Below are positions 45,377-56,157 of a stretch of 64,000 nt of DNA, one piece after another. A program made the position numbers and the translations under genes. The stretch is from Cryomorphaceae bacterium. GTDB taxonomy: Bacteria; Bacteroidota; Bacteroidia; Flavobacteriales; UBA7312. The notes below the pieces were generated by a model. That model made no database searches. It saw nothing but the letters and a program-made list of their open reading frames with translations, and was not told the origin of the DNA. The first letter of the stretch is position 1. Each line of letters begins with the position of its first letter. The stretch lies in assembly GCA_042091225.1 (NCBI GenBank), contig JBELHW010000005.1, positions 3,712-67,711 on the forward strand, in the 5' to 3' direction.

Positions 45377-47170
45377 ATGAAGAACATTAGAAATTTTTGT
45401 ATTATAGCCCACATTGACCATGGCAAAAGCACTCTAGCAGATCGCTTGTTAGAGTTTACTGGCGCAGTTACAGAGAGGGAGTCTCAAGATCAGTTGTTAG
45501 ACAATATGGATCTTGAAAGAGAAAGAGGAATTACTATTAAAAGTCACGCCATCCAAATGGAGTATAATTTGAATGGCCAAGACTATGTTTTAAACTTAAT
45601 TGACACCCCAGGGCATGTAGATTTTTCATACGAGGTATCCAGATCTATTGCTGCTTGCGAAGGAGCTTTATTAATTGTTGATGCTGCTCAAGGAATTCAG
45701 GCACAAACTATTTCAAATTTATATTTAGCACTAGAAAACGATTTAGAAATCATTCCTGTTTTGAATAAAATAGACTTGCCATCTGCAGATCCTGAAGTTG
45801 TAAAAGATCAAATTATTGATTTAATCGGATGTAAAAATGAAGAGATTATTCCTGCTTCTGCCAAAACAGGTTTAGGAATAGACGACATTTTACAAGCTAT
45901 TATTGACAGGATACCATGCCCAGAAGGAGATATAGACGCCCCTTTACAAGCTATGATTTTTGATTCGGTTTATAATTCTTTTAGAGGAATTGAAGCTTAT
46001 TTTAAAATTATAAATGGATCAATTAGAAAAGGAGATGAGGTTAAGTTTATGGCAACAGACAAAACTTATTTTACCGATGAAATAGGTGCCTTAAAGCTTA
46101 CTCAAGAGCCTAAAAAAACGCTCTATGCTGGAGAGGTAGGATATATTATTTCTGGAATTAAAGACGCAAGAGAGGTAAAAGTCGGTGATACTCTTACAAA
46201 AGTAGAAAATCCTTCCTCAGAACCAATACAGGGCTTTGAAGATGTGAAGCCAATGGTTTTTGCCGGAATTTATCCTGTAGACACAGAAGATTACGAGGAG
46301 CTCAGAAATTCTATGGAGAAACTTCAATTAAATGATGCATCTCTTACATTTGAGCCAGAATCTTCGGCTGCATTAGGTTTTGGGTTTCGTTGTGGGTTTT
46401 TAGGAATGCTGCACATGGAAATTATACAGGAACGATTGGAGCGAGAGTTTGACATGACTGTAATTACCACTGTTCCAAACGTTTCTTATTATGCCCACAC
46501 CACTAATCAAAAAGAAAAGCTTCTGATAAATAACCCCTCTGATTTACCAGATCCTTCCACTTTAGATTTTGTGGAAGAACCCTTTATTAGAGCTCAAATT
46601 ATTACAAAGTCTGATTTTGTAGGACCAGTAATGTCGCTTTGTATTCAGAAAAGAGGAATCCTAAAAAATCAAGTTTATCTAACAACCGATAGGGTAGAGC
46701 TAACATTTGAAATGCCACTTGGGGAAATCGTTTTTGATTTTTACGATAAGCTAAAGAGTATCTCAAGAGGTTATGCCTCTTTTGATTATTTTCCTCTCGA
46801 ATACAGACAGTCTAATTTGTCAAAATTAGATATTTTATTAAATGGTGATCAAGTTGACGCCCTATCTGCCCTTATTCATCGAGATAACGCTTATAGCTTA
46901 GGAAAAAAAATATGTCTTAAGCTTAAAGAACTTATCCCTAGACAACAGTTCGATATTGCTATACAGTCTGCAATTGGAGCAAAAATTATTTCTAGAGAAA
47001 CCGTAAAAGCAGTTCGTAAAGACGTTACTGCAAAATGCTATGGAGGGGATATTTCTAGAAAAAGGAAACTTCTTGAGAAGCAAAAGAAAGGTAAAAAACG
47101 AATGAGACAAATTGGTAGTGTCGAAATTCCACAATCTGCTTTTATGGCAGTTTTAAAACTAGACGACTAA
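45377..47170 (+). CDS. lepA: translation elongation factor 4
   Basis: [33 protein letters not shown] and the LepA-specific C-terminus. Confidence 0.96.
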   Translation: MKNIRNFCIIAHIDHGKSTLADRLLEFTGAVTERESQDQLLDNMDLERERGITIKSHAIQMEYNLNGQDYVLNLIDTPGHVDFSYEVSRSIAACEGALLIVDAAQGIQAQTISNLYLALENDLEIIPVLNKIDLPSADPEVVKDQIIDLIGCKNEEIIPASAKTGLGIDDILQAIIDRIPCPEGDIDAPLQAMIFDSVYNSFRGIEAYFKIINGSIRKGDEVKFMATDKTYFTDEIGALKLTQEPKKTLYAGEVGYIISGIKDAREVKVGDTLTKVENPSSEPIQGFEDVKPMVFAGIYPVDTEDYEELRNSMEKLQLNDASLTFEPESSAALGFGFRCGFLGMLHMEIIQERLEREFDMTVITTVPNVSYYAHTTNQKEKLLINNPSDLPDPSTLDFVEEPFIRAQIITKSDFVGPVMSLCIQKRGILKNQVYLTTDRVELTFEMPLGEIVFDFYDKLKSISRGYASFDYFPLEYRQSNLSKLDILLNGDQVDALSALIHRDNAYSLGKKICLKLKELIPRQQFDIAIQSAIGAKIISRETVKAVRKDVTAKCYGGDISRKRKLLEKQKKGKKRMRQIGSVEIPQSAFMAVLKLDD

Positions 47171-47215
47171 TTTTTTATATTAGCTTAAACTAAACACTCA
47201 AAAAAACACTTCAAA

Positions 47216-47962
47216 ATGGGAAGAGCATTTGAATTTAGAAAGGCCAGAAAAATGAAACGTTGGTCTGCAATGGCAAAAACTTTTACTCGCATTGGTAAAG
47301 ATATTTCAATGGCAGTTAAAGAAAATGGCCCTAATCCGGACACCAACTCTAGGTTAAGAGCGGTTATGCAAAATGCAAAGTCTGCTAATATGCCTAAAGA
47401 CAATGTAGAAAGAGCTATTAAAAAAGCAATGGGCTCCGATTCTGCAAATTATGTCGAAACTAACTTGGAAGGATATGCTTCACATGGAGTTGCTGTCTTT
47501 GTAGAATGTACTACTGATAATAATAACAGAACGGTTGCTAATGTTCGTTCCTACTTCAATAAATGTGAGGGAAGTTTAGGAACTAATGGTTCCCTGGAAT
47601 TTATTTTTGATAGAAAAGCAGTCTTTACTTTTTCTAACGATAATTTAGAAATAGATATGGAAGAATTAGAAATGGAACTTATTGACGCCGGACTCGAAGA
47701 AATTGAGTCCGATGGACAATCAGTAACTGTAACCACCAACTTTCCTGATTTTAGTAATATGCAAAAGCAATTAGAAAGCATGGCTATCGATTTAGAAAGT
47801 TCTGAATTGCAAAGATTCCCAAATAACATCAAAACAGTTTCATTAGAAAATGCTAAAATGGTATTAAAACTCATAGATAAATTAGAGGAAGATGAAGATG
47901 TTCAAAATGTTTTCCATAATATGGAAATGACAGAAGAAATTTTATCTCATTTGGATGACTAA
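47216..47962 (+). CDS. YebC/PmpR family DNA-binding transcriptional regulator
   Basis: MGRAFEFRKARKMKRW...KSANMPKDNVERAIKKA, a canonical YebC sequence. Confidence 0.9.
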   Translation: MGRAFEFRKARKMKRWSAMAKTFTRIGKDISMAVKENGPNPDTNSRLRAVMQNAKSANMPKDNVERAIKKAMGSDSANYVETNLEGYASHGVAVFVECTTDNNNRTVANVRSYFNKCEGSLGTNGSLEFIFDRKAVFTFSNDNLEIDMEELEMELIDAGLEEIESDGQSVTVTTNFPDFSNMQKQLESMAIDLESSELQRFPNNIKTVSLENAKMVLKLIDKLEEDEDVQNVFHNMEMTEEILSHLDD

Positions 47963-47987
47963 TTCAACTTTACAGATTAAATAAAAA

Positions 47988-49529
47988 ATGAAAAAGAAAC
48001 TCGATTTATTAAATCAAAAAAAAGCAGAAGCTCTTTTAGGCGGTGGAGAAAAAAGAATTGAATCTCAACATGCAAAAGGAAAACTAACAGCTAGAGAGCG
48101 TATTCATTTTTTACTAGATGAAGGATCGTTCGAAGAAATGGGAATGCTTGTTACACACCGATCAACTAATTTTGGATTAGATAAACAAAAATTTTTAGGT
48201 GATGGAGTAGTAACCGGCTACGGAACCGTAAATGGAAGATTAGTTTATGTTTTTGCACAAGACTTTACTGTTTTAGGCGGTTCTTTAGCAGAATCTCACG
48301 CTCAAAAGATTTGTAAGCTTATGGATATGGCTCTCAAAAACGGAGCCCCTCTAATAGGATTGAATGATAGTGGCGGTGCCAGAATACAAGAAGGAGTCGT
48401 CTCATTGGGAGGTTATGCGGACATCTTTTATAAAAATACTATGGCTAGTGGAGTAATTCCACAATTATCGGCCATTATGGGACCTTGTGCAGGAGGTGCA
48501 GTTTATTCTCCAGCGTTAACCGATTTTATTATGATGGTTGAAAACACTTCATATATGTTCGTAACTGGACCCAATGTAGTTAAAACAGTTACTCATGAGG
48601 AAGTAACAGCCGAAGAATTAGGAGGAGCAATGACTCACGCTACTAAGTCTGGTGTGGCACATTTTACCTATCCTAACGAAATAGAATTGATAAATAATTT
48701 AAAAAAGTTATTGAGTTATTTACCTCAAAATTGCGAAGAAGAAGCTCCGTCTATTGAATATAAAACATCCGATGAACTTAGAGACGCTTTAAATGACGTC
48801 ATTCCTCAAAACACCAGCCAGCCCTACGATATTAGAGAGGTTATAAATCAAGTTGTTGATAAAGATTCTTTACACGAAGTGCATAAAGATTTTGCTGAAA
48901 ATATTGTTTGTGGTTTTGCTCGACTAGCAGGAAAGTCAATTGGAATTATTGCTAACCAACCTTCTTTTTTAGCTGGTGTTTTAGATAATCACGCTTCCAA
49001 TAAAGGAGCTCGTTTTGTTCGTTTTTGTGACGCCTTCAATATTCCTCTACTTGTATTTGAAGATGTTCCAGGCTTCTTGCCAGGTACAGACCAAGAATGG
49101 AATGCAATTATAAATAACGGAGCTAAGTTACTTTATGCTTTTTGTGAAGCTACTGTGCCAAGAGTAACAGTTATCACTAGAAAAGCCTATGGAGGAGCCT
49201 ATGATGTAATGAACTCGAAGCATATTGGTGCTGATTTAAATTATGCTTGGCCTTCTGCAGAGATCGCTGTAATGGGAGCTAAAGGAGCGGCAGAAATTAT
49301 ATTCAAAAAAGAAATTAAAGAAGCTGACGATCCACAAAAAAAATGGCAAGAGAAGGAGTCCGAATATGCTAATCTTTTCGCTAATCCATATAACGCAGCA
49401 GCAAGAGGTTTTGTAGATGAGGTTATAGAGCCAGCTCAAACAAGAAAAAAGTTAATAAAAGCTTTTGGTATGCTTTCTAATAAAGTAGATAAGTTGCCAA
49501 AAAAGAAACACGGAAATATTCCATTATAA
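47988..49529 (+). CDS. acyl-CoA carboxylase carboxyltransferase (beta) subunit, propionyl-CoA carboxylase/methylmalonyl-CoA decarboxylase type
   Basis: [34 protein letters not shown] and [11 protein letters not shown] motifs. Confidence 0.9.
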   Translation: MKKKLDLLNQKKAEALLGGGEKRIESQHAKGKLTARERIHFLLDEGSFEEMGMLVTHRSTNFGLDKQKFLGDGVVTGYGTVNGRLVYVFAQDFTVLGGSLAESHAQKICKLMDMALKNGAPLIGLNDSGGARIQEGVVSLGGYADIFYKNTMASGVIPQLSAIMGPCAGGAVYSPALTDFIMMVENTSYMFVTGPNVVKTVTHEEVTAEELGGAMTHATKSGVAHFTYPNEIELINNLKKLLSYLPQNCEEEAPSIEYKTSDELRDALNDVIPQNTSQPYDIREVINQVVDKDSLHEVHKDFAENIVCGFARLAGKSIGIIANQPSFLAGVLDNHASNKGARFVRFCDAFNIPLLVFEDVPGFLPGTDQEWNAIINNGAKLLYAFCEATVPRVTVITRKAYGGAYDVMNSKHIGADLNYAWPSAEIAVMGAKGAAEIIFKKEIKEADDPQKKWQEKESEYANLFANPYNAAARGFVDEVIEPAQTRKKLIKAFGMLSNKVDKLPKKKHGNIPL

Positions 49530-49530
49530 A

Positions 49531-50817
49531 ATGAATGTATTAGTATTAGGATCAGGAGGTAGAGAACATGCTTTGAGTTGGAAGATAGTTCAAAGTAGCA
49601 TGTGCGAGAAAATATATATTGCTCCAGGAAATTCTGGAACAAAGTCTATAGGCGAAAACATCGACATTAAAGTAACAGACTTTGAAGCTATTAAAAATGT
49701 TGTATTGGAAAAATCTATAGATATGGTAGTTGTTGGACCTGAAGACCCTCTAGTTTTAGGGATTTATGATTTTTTTCAAGAACAACCTGAGCTAAAAGAA
49801 GTTTGTGTAATTGGTCCATCTAAAGAAGGAGCAAAATTAGAAGGAAGTAAAGAATTCTCAAAAATTTTCATGGAAAAGTATTCTATTCCAACAGCTAAAT
49901 ACCAAAGCTTCACTAAAGATACATTAAAGAATGGATTTGAGTTCTTAGAAACTTTATCTTCTCCATATGTGTTAAAAGCAGATGGATTAGCTGCTGGTAA
50001 AGGAGTACTTATTTTAGATAATTTGGAGCAGGCAAAACAAGAGTTAAAACTAATGCTTACTGAGTCGAAATTTGGACAAGCAAGCAATACAGTTGTAATA
50101 GAAGAATTTTTAGATGGAATAGAACTTTCTGTTTTTGTTCTGACTGATGGAAACAATTATAAAATTCTTCCTTCAGCAAAAGATTATAAGCGTATAGGAG
50201 AGGGAGATAAAGGATTAAACACGGGAGGAATGGGAGCTATTTCTCCAGTCCCTTTTGCAGATAAGTTTTTTTTAGAGAAGGTAGAAGATAGAATTATTAA
50301 GCCAACAATTGAAGGATTAAAAATAGAAGAGATAGAATACAAAGGATTTATTTTTATTGGACTTATGAATGTTAACGGAGATCCCTTTGTTATAGAATAC
50401 AATGTTAGAATGGGAGATCCTGAAACCGAAGTTGTTATCCCAAGAGTAAAGTCTGATTTATTAAACCTATTTAAAGGAATTGCTGACGGAACCTTTGGCG
50501 AAAAAGATTTTTATGTTGACGAAGATTTTGCAGCGACTGTAATGTTAGTTTCTGAAGGTTACCCTGAGGTATATGAAAAAGGAAAGGAAGTTACAGGTTT
50601 AGAAGATGTTGAAAAAAGTATTGTTTTTCATGCAGGTACTAAAGATAAAAATGGCAAAATAGTAACTAACGGGGGTAGAGTATTAACTATCACTTCATTT
50701 GGTAGAAATATTGAAGAAGCGATCTCGAAATCTTTTAAAAACGCTGAGGTAATCCAGTTTGATGGTAAAAATTATAGAAAAGATATAGGCTTAGATCTTT
50801 TAAAGCAAGAAGCTTAA
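49531..50817 (+). CDS. purD: phosphoribosylamine--glycine ligase
   Basis: MNVLVLGSGGREHALSWK, an ATP-grasp core, NVRMGDPETE and TNGGRVL. Confidence 0.95.
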   Translation: MNVLVLGSGGREHALSWKIVQSSMCEKIYIAPGNSGTKSIGENIDIKVTDFEAIKNVVLEKSIDMVVVGPEDPLVLGIYDFFQEQPELKEVCVIGPSKEGAKLEGSKEFSKIFMEKYSIPTAKYQSFTKDTLKNGFEFLETLSSPYVLKADGLAAGKGVLILDNLEQAKQELKLMLTESKFGQASNTVVIEEFLDGIELSVFVLTDGNNYKILPSAKDYKRIGEGDKGLNTGGMGAISPVPFADKFFLEKVEDRIIKPTIEGLKIEEIEYKGFIFIGLMNVNGDPFVIEYNVRMGDPETEVVIPRVKSDLLNLFKGIADGTFGEKDFYVDEDFAATVMLVSEGYPEVYEKGKEVTGLEDVEKSIVFHAGTKDKNGKIVTNGGRVLTITSFGRNIEEAISKSFKNAEVIQFDGKNYRKDIGLDLLKQEA

Positions 50818-50981
50818 GACTCTCCCTTTTTCTTAAATATAATTAACTCTCTAGTCCAGTAAATAAACAAAACAGAGATTATAAAAATAGCAAGATAATT
50901 AGGAACATTTCCTAAGGTTGGCATTATTGATAGTATAGCGCTAAAAATATCGCCTAATCCATTCCAAAAACTTGTCATCAT
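50814..50981 (-). CDS. small (55 aa) membrane protein, hypothetical
   Basis: Not in the ORF track. Hand translation gives MMTSFWNGLGDIFSALLSIMPTLGNVPNYLAIFIISVLFIYWTRELIIFKKKGES*. It has two hydrophobic segments and a basic tail. Its stop overlaps the purD stop convergently. Confidence 0.4.
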   Translation of the reverse strand: MMTSFWNGLGDIFSAILSIMPTLGNVPNYLAIFIISVLFIYWTRELIIFKKKGES

Positions 50982-51030
50982 AATCTTAAAATTTTTTGTT
51001 GTTACAAAAGTAGAAATATTTATAAAATAA

Positions 51031-52008
51031 ATGATAGTAAATATCCTTAAAACTTCAAAGCCAATATCAATGCTGACTTTTGCAGTGTTTTGTGTCTTTT
51101 TTTTACTAGCTACTTTTACTTATAATTTCGATATTTCTTTATCTAAAGCTGGATATCCTTTATTTGATCTTTTTAATTTGTTGACATTACAAAATGTGTG
51201 GATAGCAAAAACGTTGGTATTTATTATTGCTGTTCTGACTTCTATGGGATGGAATAATTTGATTTACGACAAGTCAATGCTCAAAATCAGTTCAGTTTTA
51301 CCAGCTACTTTAATGCTTTTAATGTCAGTTGTTTTTTGGTATTCCCCTTTATGGATTGTCCATTTTTTGCTTTTATTTTTCATGCAAAAACTGTATTCGA
51401 TATATCAAATTGAAAAACCTTATTCTCTATTGTTCGATGCTGGTTTAATTTTAGGAATATGTTTTTTAGCATATCCTCCGTCGCTATTTTTCTTGCTTAC
51501 TCTTTTTTCTGTCAATTTTATCTATAACTCCTTAAGTTGGAGAAGCTTTATAATTCCTATTTTAGGTTTTATTCTTCCTTCTTTTCTTTGTATTGCTTAC
51601 TGTTATCATTTTCATTCTATTTCCGATTATATTTTTCATTATCAACAAGCTCTTTCTTTTGATTTACCTTCAATAATAGCTCCTAAATTTTCCCTCTTTT
51701 TTATAGTAGTTATTAGCTTAGTATTTATTCTATCTATTATTGAATTGATTAAGTGGTTTTCAATAAAAAGTTTAAAATCTAGATTTTCCTTTATTTTGCT
51801 ATTCATTTTTTCGATATGTGTTTTTTTAGGTTTGTTTTTTAGTTCTAGTCAGGGCTGGAATCATTTATTATTATTTGCGTTACCGTTTTCTGTTTTGTCG
51901 GCAAACTATTTCCTTTTTTCTACAAAAAAATGGTGGTACCAATCTGTTTTTACTATCTTGTTTTTTTCTGTTGCATATTTCTTTATAAGAAGTTTCTTTA
52001 CTTTCTAA
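51031..52008 (+). CDS. polytopic membrane protein, unknown function
   Basis: 325 aa, about 9-10 TM, Phe/Leu-rich. I recognised no catalytic motif. Confidence 0.55.
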   Translation: MIVNILKTSKPISMLTFAVFCVFFLLATFTYNFDISLSKAGYPLFDLFNLLTLQNVWIAKTLVFIIAVLTSMGWNNLIYDKSMLKISSVLPATLMLLMSVVFWYSPLWIVHFLLLFFMQKLYSIYQIEKPYSLLFDAGLILGICFLAYPPSLFFLLTLFSVNFIYNSLSWRSFIIPILGFILPSFLCIAYCYHFHSISDYIFHYQQALSFDLPSIIAPKFSLFFIVVISLVFILSIIELIKWFSIKSLKSRFSFILLFIFSICVFLGLFFSSSQGWNHLLLFALPFSVLSANYFLFSTKKWWYQSVFTILFFSVAYFFIRSFFTF

Positions 52009-52049
52009 ATTTGGCTTAAATTTGATTTTTAATTTTAAAATCTAGCAAG

Positions 52050-52745
52050 ATGAAGTTTGGTGTTGTTGTTTTTCCTGGTTCCAATTGTGATAAAGACATG
52101 ATTTATGTTTTAGAATCTATTCTAAAACAAGAGGTTGTAAGTCTTTGGCATAAAGAAACAGATCTCCAATCTTGTGATTTTATAATTTTACCAGGAGGGT
52201 TTTCTTATGGAGATTATCTTAGGTCTGGTGCAATTGCTCGTTTTTCTCCTATTATGGAAAAAGTTATTGAGTTTGCAAATAATGGTGGTTATGTAATGGG
52301 AATTTGTAATGGCTTTCAAATTTTATGTGAATCAGGTTTGTTACCAGGAGCATTATTACACAACAATAACCAAAAATTTATTTGCAAAAATGTTAATCTT
52401 TCAGTTCAATCAACAGCTTCTTTGGTTACTAATCAAATGGATTTAAACCAAAACATTTTGATTCCTGTAGCACACGGAGAAGGCCGTTATCATGCTGATC
52501 AACAAACACTTTCAGAGCTAAATAAAAACAATCAGGTATTATTCAAATATTGCGACCAAAATGGTCAGATTACAGAACAAAGTAATCCTAATGGATCATT
52601 AGAAAATATTGCCGGCATTTGTAATGTTGGCAGAAATGTTTTTGGAATGATGCCTCACCCTGAAAGAGCTTCAGACAAAGAGCTTAACAATACGGATGGT
52701 CGTCAACTTTTCGAAAGTATCTTATCAGAAGTTTTACAAGCCTAA
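52050..52745 (+). CDS. purQ: phosphoribosylformylglycinamidine synthase subunit PurQ (glutaminase)
   Basis: MKFGVVVFPGSNCD, GICNGFQIL (nucleophile Cys) and MMPHPER. Confidence 0.92.
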   Translation: MKFGVVVFPGSNCDKDMIYVLESILKQEVVSLWHKETDLQSCDFIILPGGFSYGDYLRSGAIARFSPIMEKVIEFANNGGYVMGICNGFQILCESGLLPGALLHNNNQKFICKNVNLSVQSTASLVTNQMDLNQNILIPVAHGEGRYHADQQTLSELNKNNQVLFKYCDQNGQITEQSNPNGSLENIAGICNVGRNVFGMMPHPERASDKELNNTDGRQLFESILSEVLQA

Positions 52746-52746
52746 T

Positions 52747-53319
52747 CTATTTATAGAAATTCATTTGGTCGATATACGACCATATTTTTTCGGGCAAGAA
52801 ATAATTTACTCTTTTTTTCTCTTTTATACACTTTCGAATAAACTCCGATGAAATATCCATTAAAGGTGCGTTTGTAAGGTGAATATTTTTGTGATCTTGT
52901 AAATGTGTTCCTTTTGTTTTAGGTCTAGGATAAACATAAATAGAGTAATTTTCCAAAATTTGTTGGTAGTTTTTCCATTTATGAAAGCTATCTAAGTTAT
53001 CACCACCTATAATTAATGAAAATTGGTCATTAGGAAACTTTTCTTGTAAATAAACTAAAGTATCTATTGTGTAAGATGGAGTCTGCAAAGAGAACTCTAT
53101 ATTTGAAGCTTCTATACTGGAGTCATCTTCACAAGCAATTCTTACCATGCTTAATCGATGGGTCTGATCAAGCAATGTTTTTTTCTCTTTCATTGGGTTT
53201 TGAGGAGATACCACCATCCATATTTTATCTAAATCAGTATGCTCAGTTATATACTGAGCAATTGCCATATGACCAATGTGAACAGGATTAAAAGATCCGA
53301 AAAATAAACCTATCTTCAT
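52747..53319 (-). CDS. nadD: nicotinate-nucleotide adenylyltransferase
   Basis: GLFFGSFNPVHIGHM (HxGH) and a C-terminal ISSEFIR (ISSTxxR-like). Confidence 0.9.
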   Translation of the reverse strand: MKIGLFFGSFNPVHIGHMAIAQYITEHTDLDKIWMVVSPQNPMKEKKTLLDQTHRLSMVRIACEDDSSIEASNIEFSLQTPSYTIDTLVYLQEKFPNDQFSLIIGGDNLDSFHKWKNYQQILENYSIYVYPRPKTKGTHLQDHKNIHLTNAPLMDISSEFIRKCIKEKKRVNYFLPEKIWSYIDQMNFYK

Positions 53320-53322
53320 TTG

Positions 53323-53889
53323 TTAATGTAAAAATTTTGTAACCTTATAAAGCACATCTTCTACCGCTTTTTCCAGAGAATTATTTAAAATAATAGCATC
53401 AAATTTATCTTTTTTTCGCATTTCTTCTTGGGCTTTAGCCAATCTTTTTTCTATTTCTTCTACACTTTCCGTACCTCTATTGCTTAATCTTGTTCTTAAT
53501 GCTTCGACACTAGGAGGTGCTATAAAAATAGACAAAGCATTGTTGCCAAAAATTTCTTTTAGTTTTATACCTCCAACAACATCTACATCAAAAAGAACAC
53601 ACTTCTCTTTTTCCCAAATTCTATTTACTTCAGATTTTAAAGTACCATAAAACATGTCCTTATAAACTTCTTCCCATTCAAAAAAAGATTCAGATTTTAT
53701 TTTTTCTTTGAACTGTTCCACACTTAAAAAGTAGTAGTCACTTCCGTCTTTTTCTCCTTTTCTTGGTTTTCTACTGCAAGCAGAAATCGAGAAGGCAAGG
53801 GGTAGGTTTTCGTTAAGTAAACGCTTTACTAAGGTTGTCTTTCCTGCGCCAGAAGGGGCAGAAAATATAATTACTTTTTTATAAGACAT
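53323..53889 (-). CDS. gmk: guanylate kinase
   Basis: P-loop SAPSGAGKTT, GEKDGSDYYF and RLSNRGTE. Confidence 0.93.
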   Translation of the reverse strand: MSYKKVIIFSAPSGAGKTTLVKRLLNENLPLAFSISACSRKPRKGEKDGSDYYFLSVEQFKEKIKSESFFEWEEVYKDMFYGTLKSEVNRIWEKEKCVLFDVDVVGGIKLKEIFGNNALSIFIAPPSVEALRTRLSNRGTESVEEIEKRLAKAQEEMRKKDKFDAIILNNSLEKAVEDVLYKVTKFLH

Positions 53890-54742
53890 TTAGTATTTGT
53901 TCTTTAATTTTTTCTAATTCATCTTTCATTTGGACTACAATTTGCTGCATATTAGAATCATTAGATTTAGACCCCATTGTATTTATTTCCCTTCCAATTT
54001 CTTGACAAATGAAGCCTAGTTTTTTACCTTGAGAGCTTTCACTTTCCATATTTTCCATAAAGTACTCCAAGTGATTAGACAGCCGAACAATTTCTTCGTT
54101 AATATCTAATTTTTCAATATAAAATATAATTTCTTGTTCTAAACGATTAGGATCAACTTCTAATTTTAAAGCATCTATTTTTTCTTTTAATCGACTTTTT
54201 ATTTTTTCTATTCGTAGCTTTTCAATAGTTACAACTTCAACTAAAAGTTTTTTTATAGCATTAATTCTATCTTTAAAATCTTTATTTAATCCTTTTCCTT
54301 CATCTATTCTAAAGCTAATTAAAGAGCTTATTGCCTTATTTAAAACTTGTTCTATACTTCTCCATTCAGCATCATCAAGACTTTCTTTCTCTTGCTTTAA
54401 AACTTCTGGCATTCGCATTACGATACCCATTAGGTTTTCCTTACTTTCTATGTCACTAGAAATGTCTTGTAGTTCTTTGTAATAATTTTTAATAAGATCT
54501 TTGTTAAAAGAAACAGGCTTTTGTATTCCAGTATATTCTACATAAACTGAAACATCAATTTTTCCTCTTTTTAGTTTCGAGCTTATTTTTTTTCTACAAA
54601 TAATTTCTTTTTCTCTAAGATTCGAGGGGATTCTAAAATTCATATCGATTTGCTTACTATTTAAGCTTTTTATCTCTATGGTTACTTTTTTGTTTTCTAG
54701 ATTGGCTTCGGCTTTTCCATAGCCAGTCATTGATAAAATCAT
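53879..54742 (-). CDS. YicC family protein
   Basis: MILSMTGYGKAE N-terminus and C-terminal EIGREINTMGSKSND. Confidence 0.85.
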   Translation of the reverse strand: MILSMTGYGKAEANLENKKVTIEIKSLNSKQIDMNFRIPSNLREKEIICRKKISSKLKRGKIDVSVYVEYTGIQKPVSFNKDLIKNYYKELQDISSDIESKENLMGIVMRMPEVLKQEKESLDDAEWRSIEQVLNKAISSLISFRIDEGKGLNKDFKDRINAIKKLLVEVVTIEKLRIEKIKSRLKEKIDALKLEVDPNRLEQEIIFYIEKLDINEEIVRLSNHLEYFMENMESESSQGKKLGFICQEIGREINTMGSKSNDSNMQQIVVQMKDELEKIKEQILNVL

Positions 54743-54805
54743 CTCTATTTATTTTTTACAAATGTAATAAATTGCTATTTGCTTCTTTTTAATGTAAAAT
54801 AATTA

Positions 54806-55699
54806 TTAGTTTTTTGTTTTTCTTTCTACACTTACTAAGTATACTCCTGCAAAAATAATTAAAGAAGATATAATTTTATTAGCGTCTAGTTGATCGCTAT
54901 TAAATGAAATGGCTATTATACTAGCTAAAATAGGCTGTAAGTAAATATATGTGCTAACTGTAGTCGGACTTAAGGTTCTCAAACCAATAATATTAAACAA
55001 ATATGCTAAAAAGGTAGTTCCTACAACAACAAAGATTATGGCATAAATAATATTTGTTGGCATGGTGCTCCATTCTATTTGAGAAAATTCACCAAAGCCA
55101 AAAGGAATTACAAAGATTAATCCAAAAAAGAATACCCAACTTATTACAGTCATTGTTTGGTATTTAGCCATTAAGGGTTTAACAATTACAAGATAGACTC
55201 CATAAGAACAGGCATTTATTAATACTAGCAAATTTCCTAACGATTGAGAACTATTGAGTAAGGACAAATTTCCTCCTTCAGTAAATAACGATATAGCTCC
55301 TATTGCTCCTAAAACTATTCCACTAAGTTTACGAATAGTTACTTTTTCAGAAATCAGAAAGGCGCTTATTATCAACACAAGTATTGGATTAGTAACCATT
55401 ATAACGGATGCGTTAATTGGGGTGGTCAGATTTAATCCTTCAAAAAATAACATTTGATTTATTGCTACGCCGAATAGACCACACAACATAAGTCTTAGCA
55501 TATCTTTACGCTCTATTTTTTCGAAAGCAAAAAGTGAGTAGCATAACCAAAACAGGAGTGTTGCTCCTACAACTCGCATAAAAATAAAACCTAAAGGCTC
55601 TACGTATTGAGGCATAACTGTTTTGGCTACAGTATAATTGATAGCATAAATAAGGTTTGCACTAAATAAAGAAAGATGAGCTATTGTTTTTTTATTCAT
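54806..55699 (-). CDS. DMT superfamily transporter (EamA-like)
   Basis: 10 TM with two EamA-type halves. 297 aa. Confidence 0.8.
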   Translation of the reverse strand: MNKKTIAHLSLFSANLIYAINYTVAKTVMPQYVEPLGFIFMRVVGATLLFWLCYSLFAFEKIERKDMLRLMLCGLFGVAINQMLFFEGLNLTTPINASVIMVTNPILVLIISAFLISEKVTIRKLSGIVLGAIGAISLFTEGGNLSLLNSSQSLGNLLVLINACSYGVYLVIVKPLMAKYQTMTVISWVFFFGLIFVIPFGFGEFSQIEWSTMPTNIIYAIIFVVVGTTFLAYLFNIIGLRTLSPTTVSTYIYLQPILASIIAISFNSDQLDANKIISSLIIFAGVYLVSVERKTKN

Positions 55700-56038
55700 C
55701 TAATTTATTTTTTAAAGATTCAATAGTATTTTTACTATTGCCAATAAAAATTTGATCTTCGAATATAAAAACAGGTCTTTTGAGGAATGTATCATCTTCT
55801 AGAATATATTTTCTATAATCTTTTTCGACTAGATTTTTTCTTTTAAATTCAGGGTGCGAAATTTGATTGCTCTTTTGCTAAAAAGTGTTTGGTATGAGCC
55901 TGACAGGCTAGCCATATAATCAATTTGATCTTCTGTTATTTTTTCGCTTCTGATTTCTTGTTTGTTGTAAATCCAATTCACTTCTTTCAAAATTCGTTGG
56001 CATGTACTACATTTTTCTAAATGGTAGACTTTCTTCAT
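55692..56038 (-). pseudogene. ArsC/Spx-family (arsenate reductase-like) gene interrupted by a 1-nt frameshift in an A6 run
   Basis: From ATG 56038: MKKVYHLEKCSTCQRILKEV...FSKRAIKFRTLNLKEKI*, with the stop at 55831-55829. The next frame continues NLVEKDYRKYILEDDTFLKRPVFIFEDQIFIGNSKNTIESLKNKLDE* to 55692. The total is 347 nt (one short of 116 codons). The shift maps to T6 at 55834-55839 on the + strand. One extra base would restore an about 115-aa ArsC-family protein. Confidence 0.6.
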
Positions 56039-56157
56039 AATTTCACGAAAATACGAACATAAATTTTTAATCAAATTATATTTGATTCTTTTGTTTTTAC
56101 ACAAATTAATTAAATTTGTATTACTTACTAAAAACATAAAAAATCTAGATAATTTAT

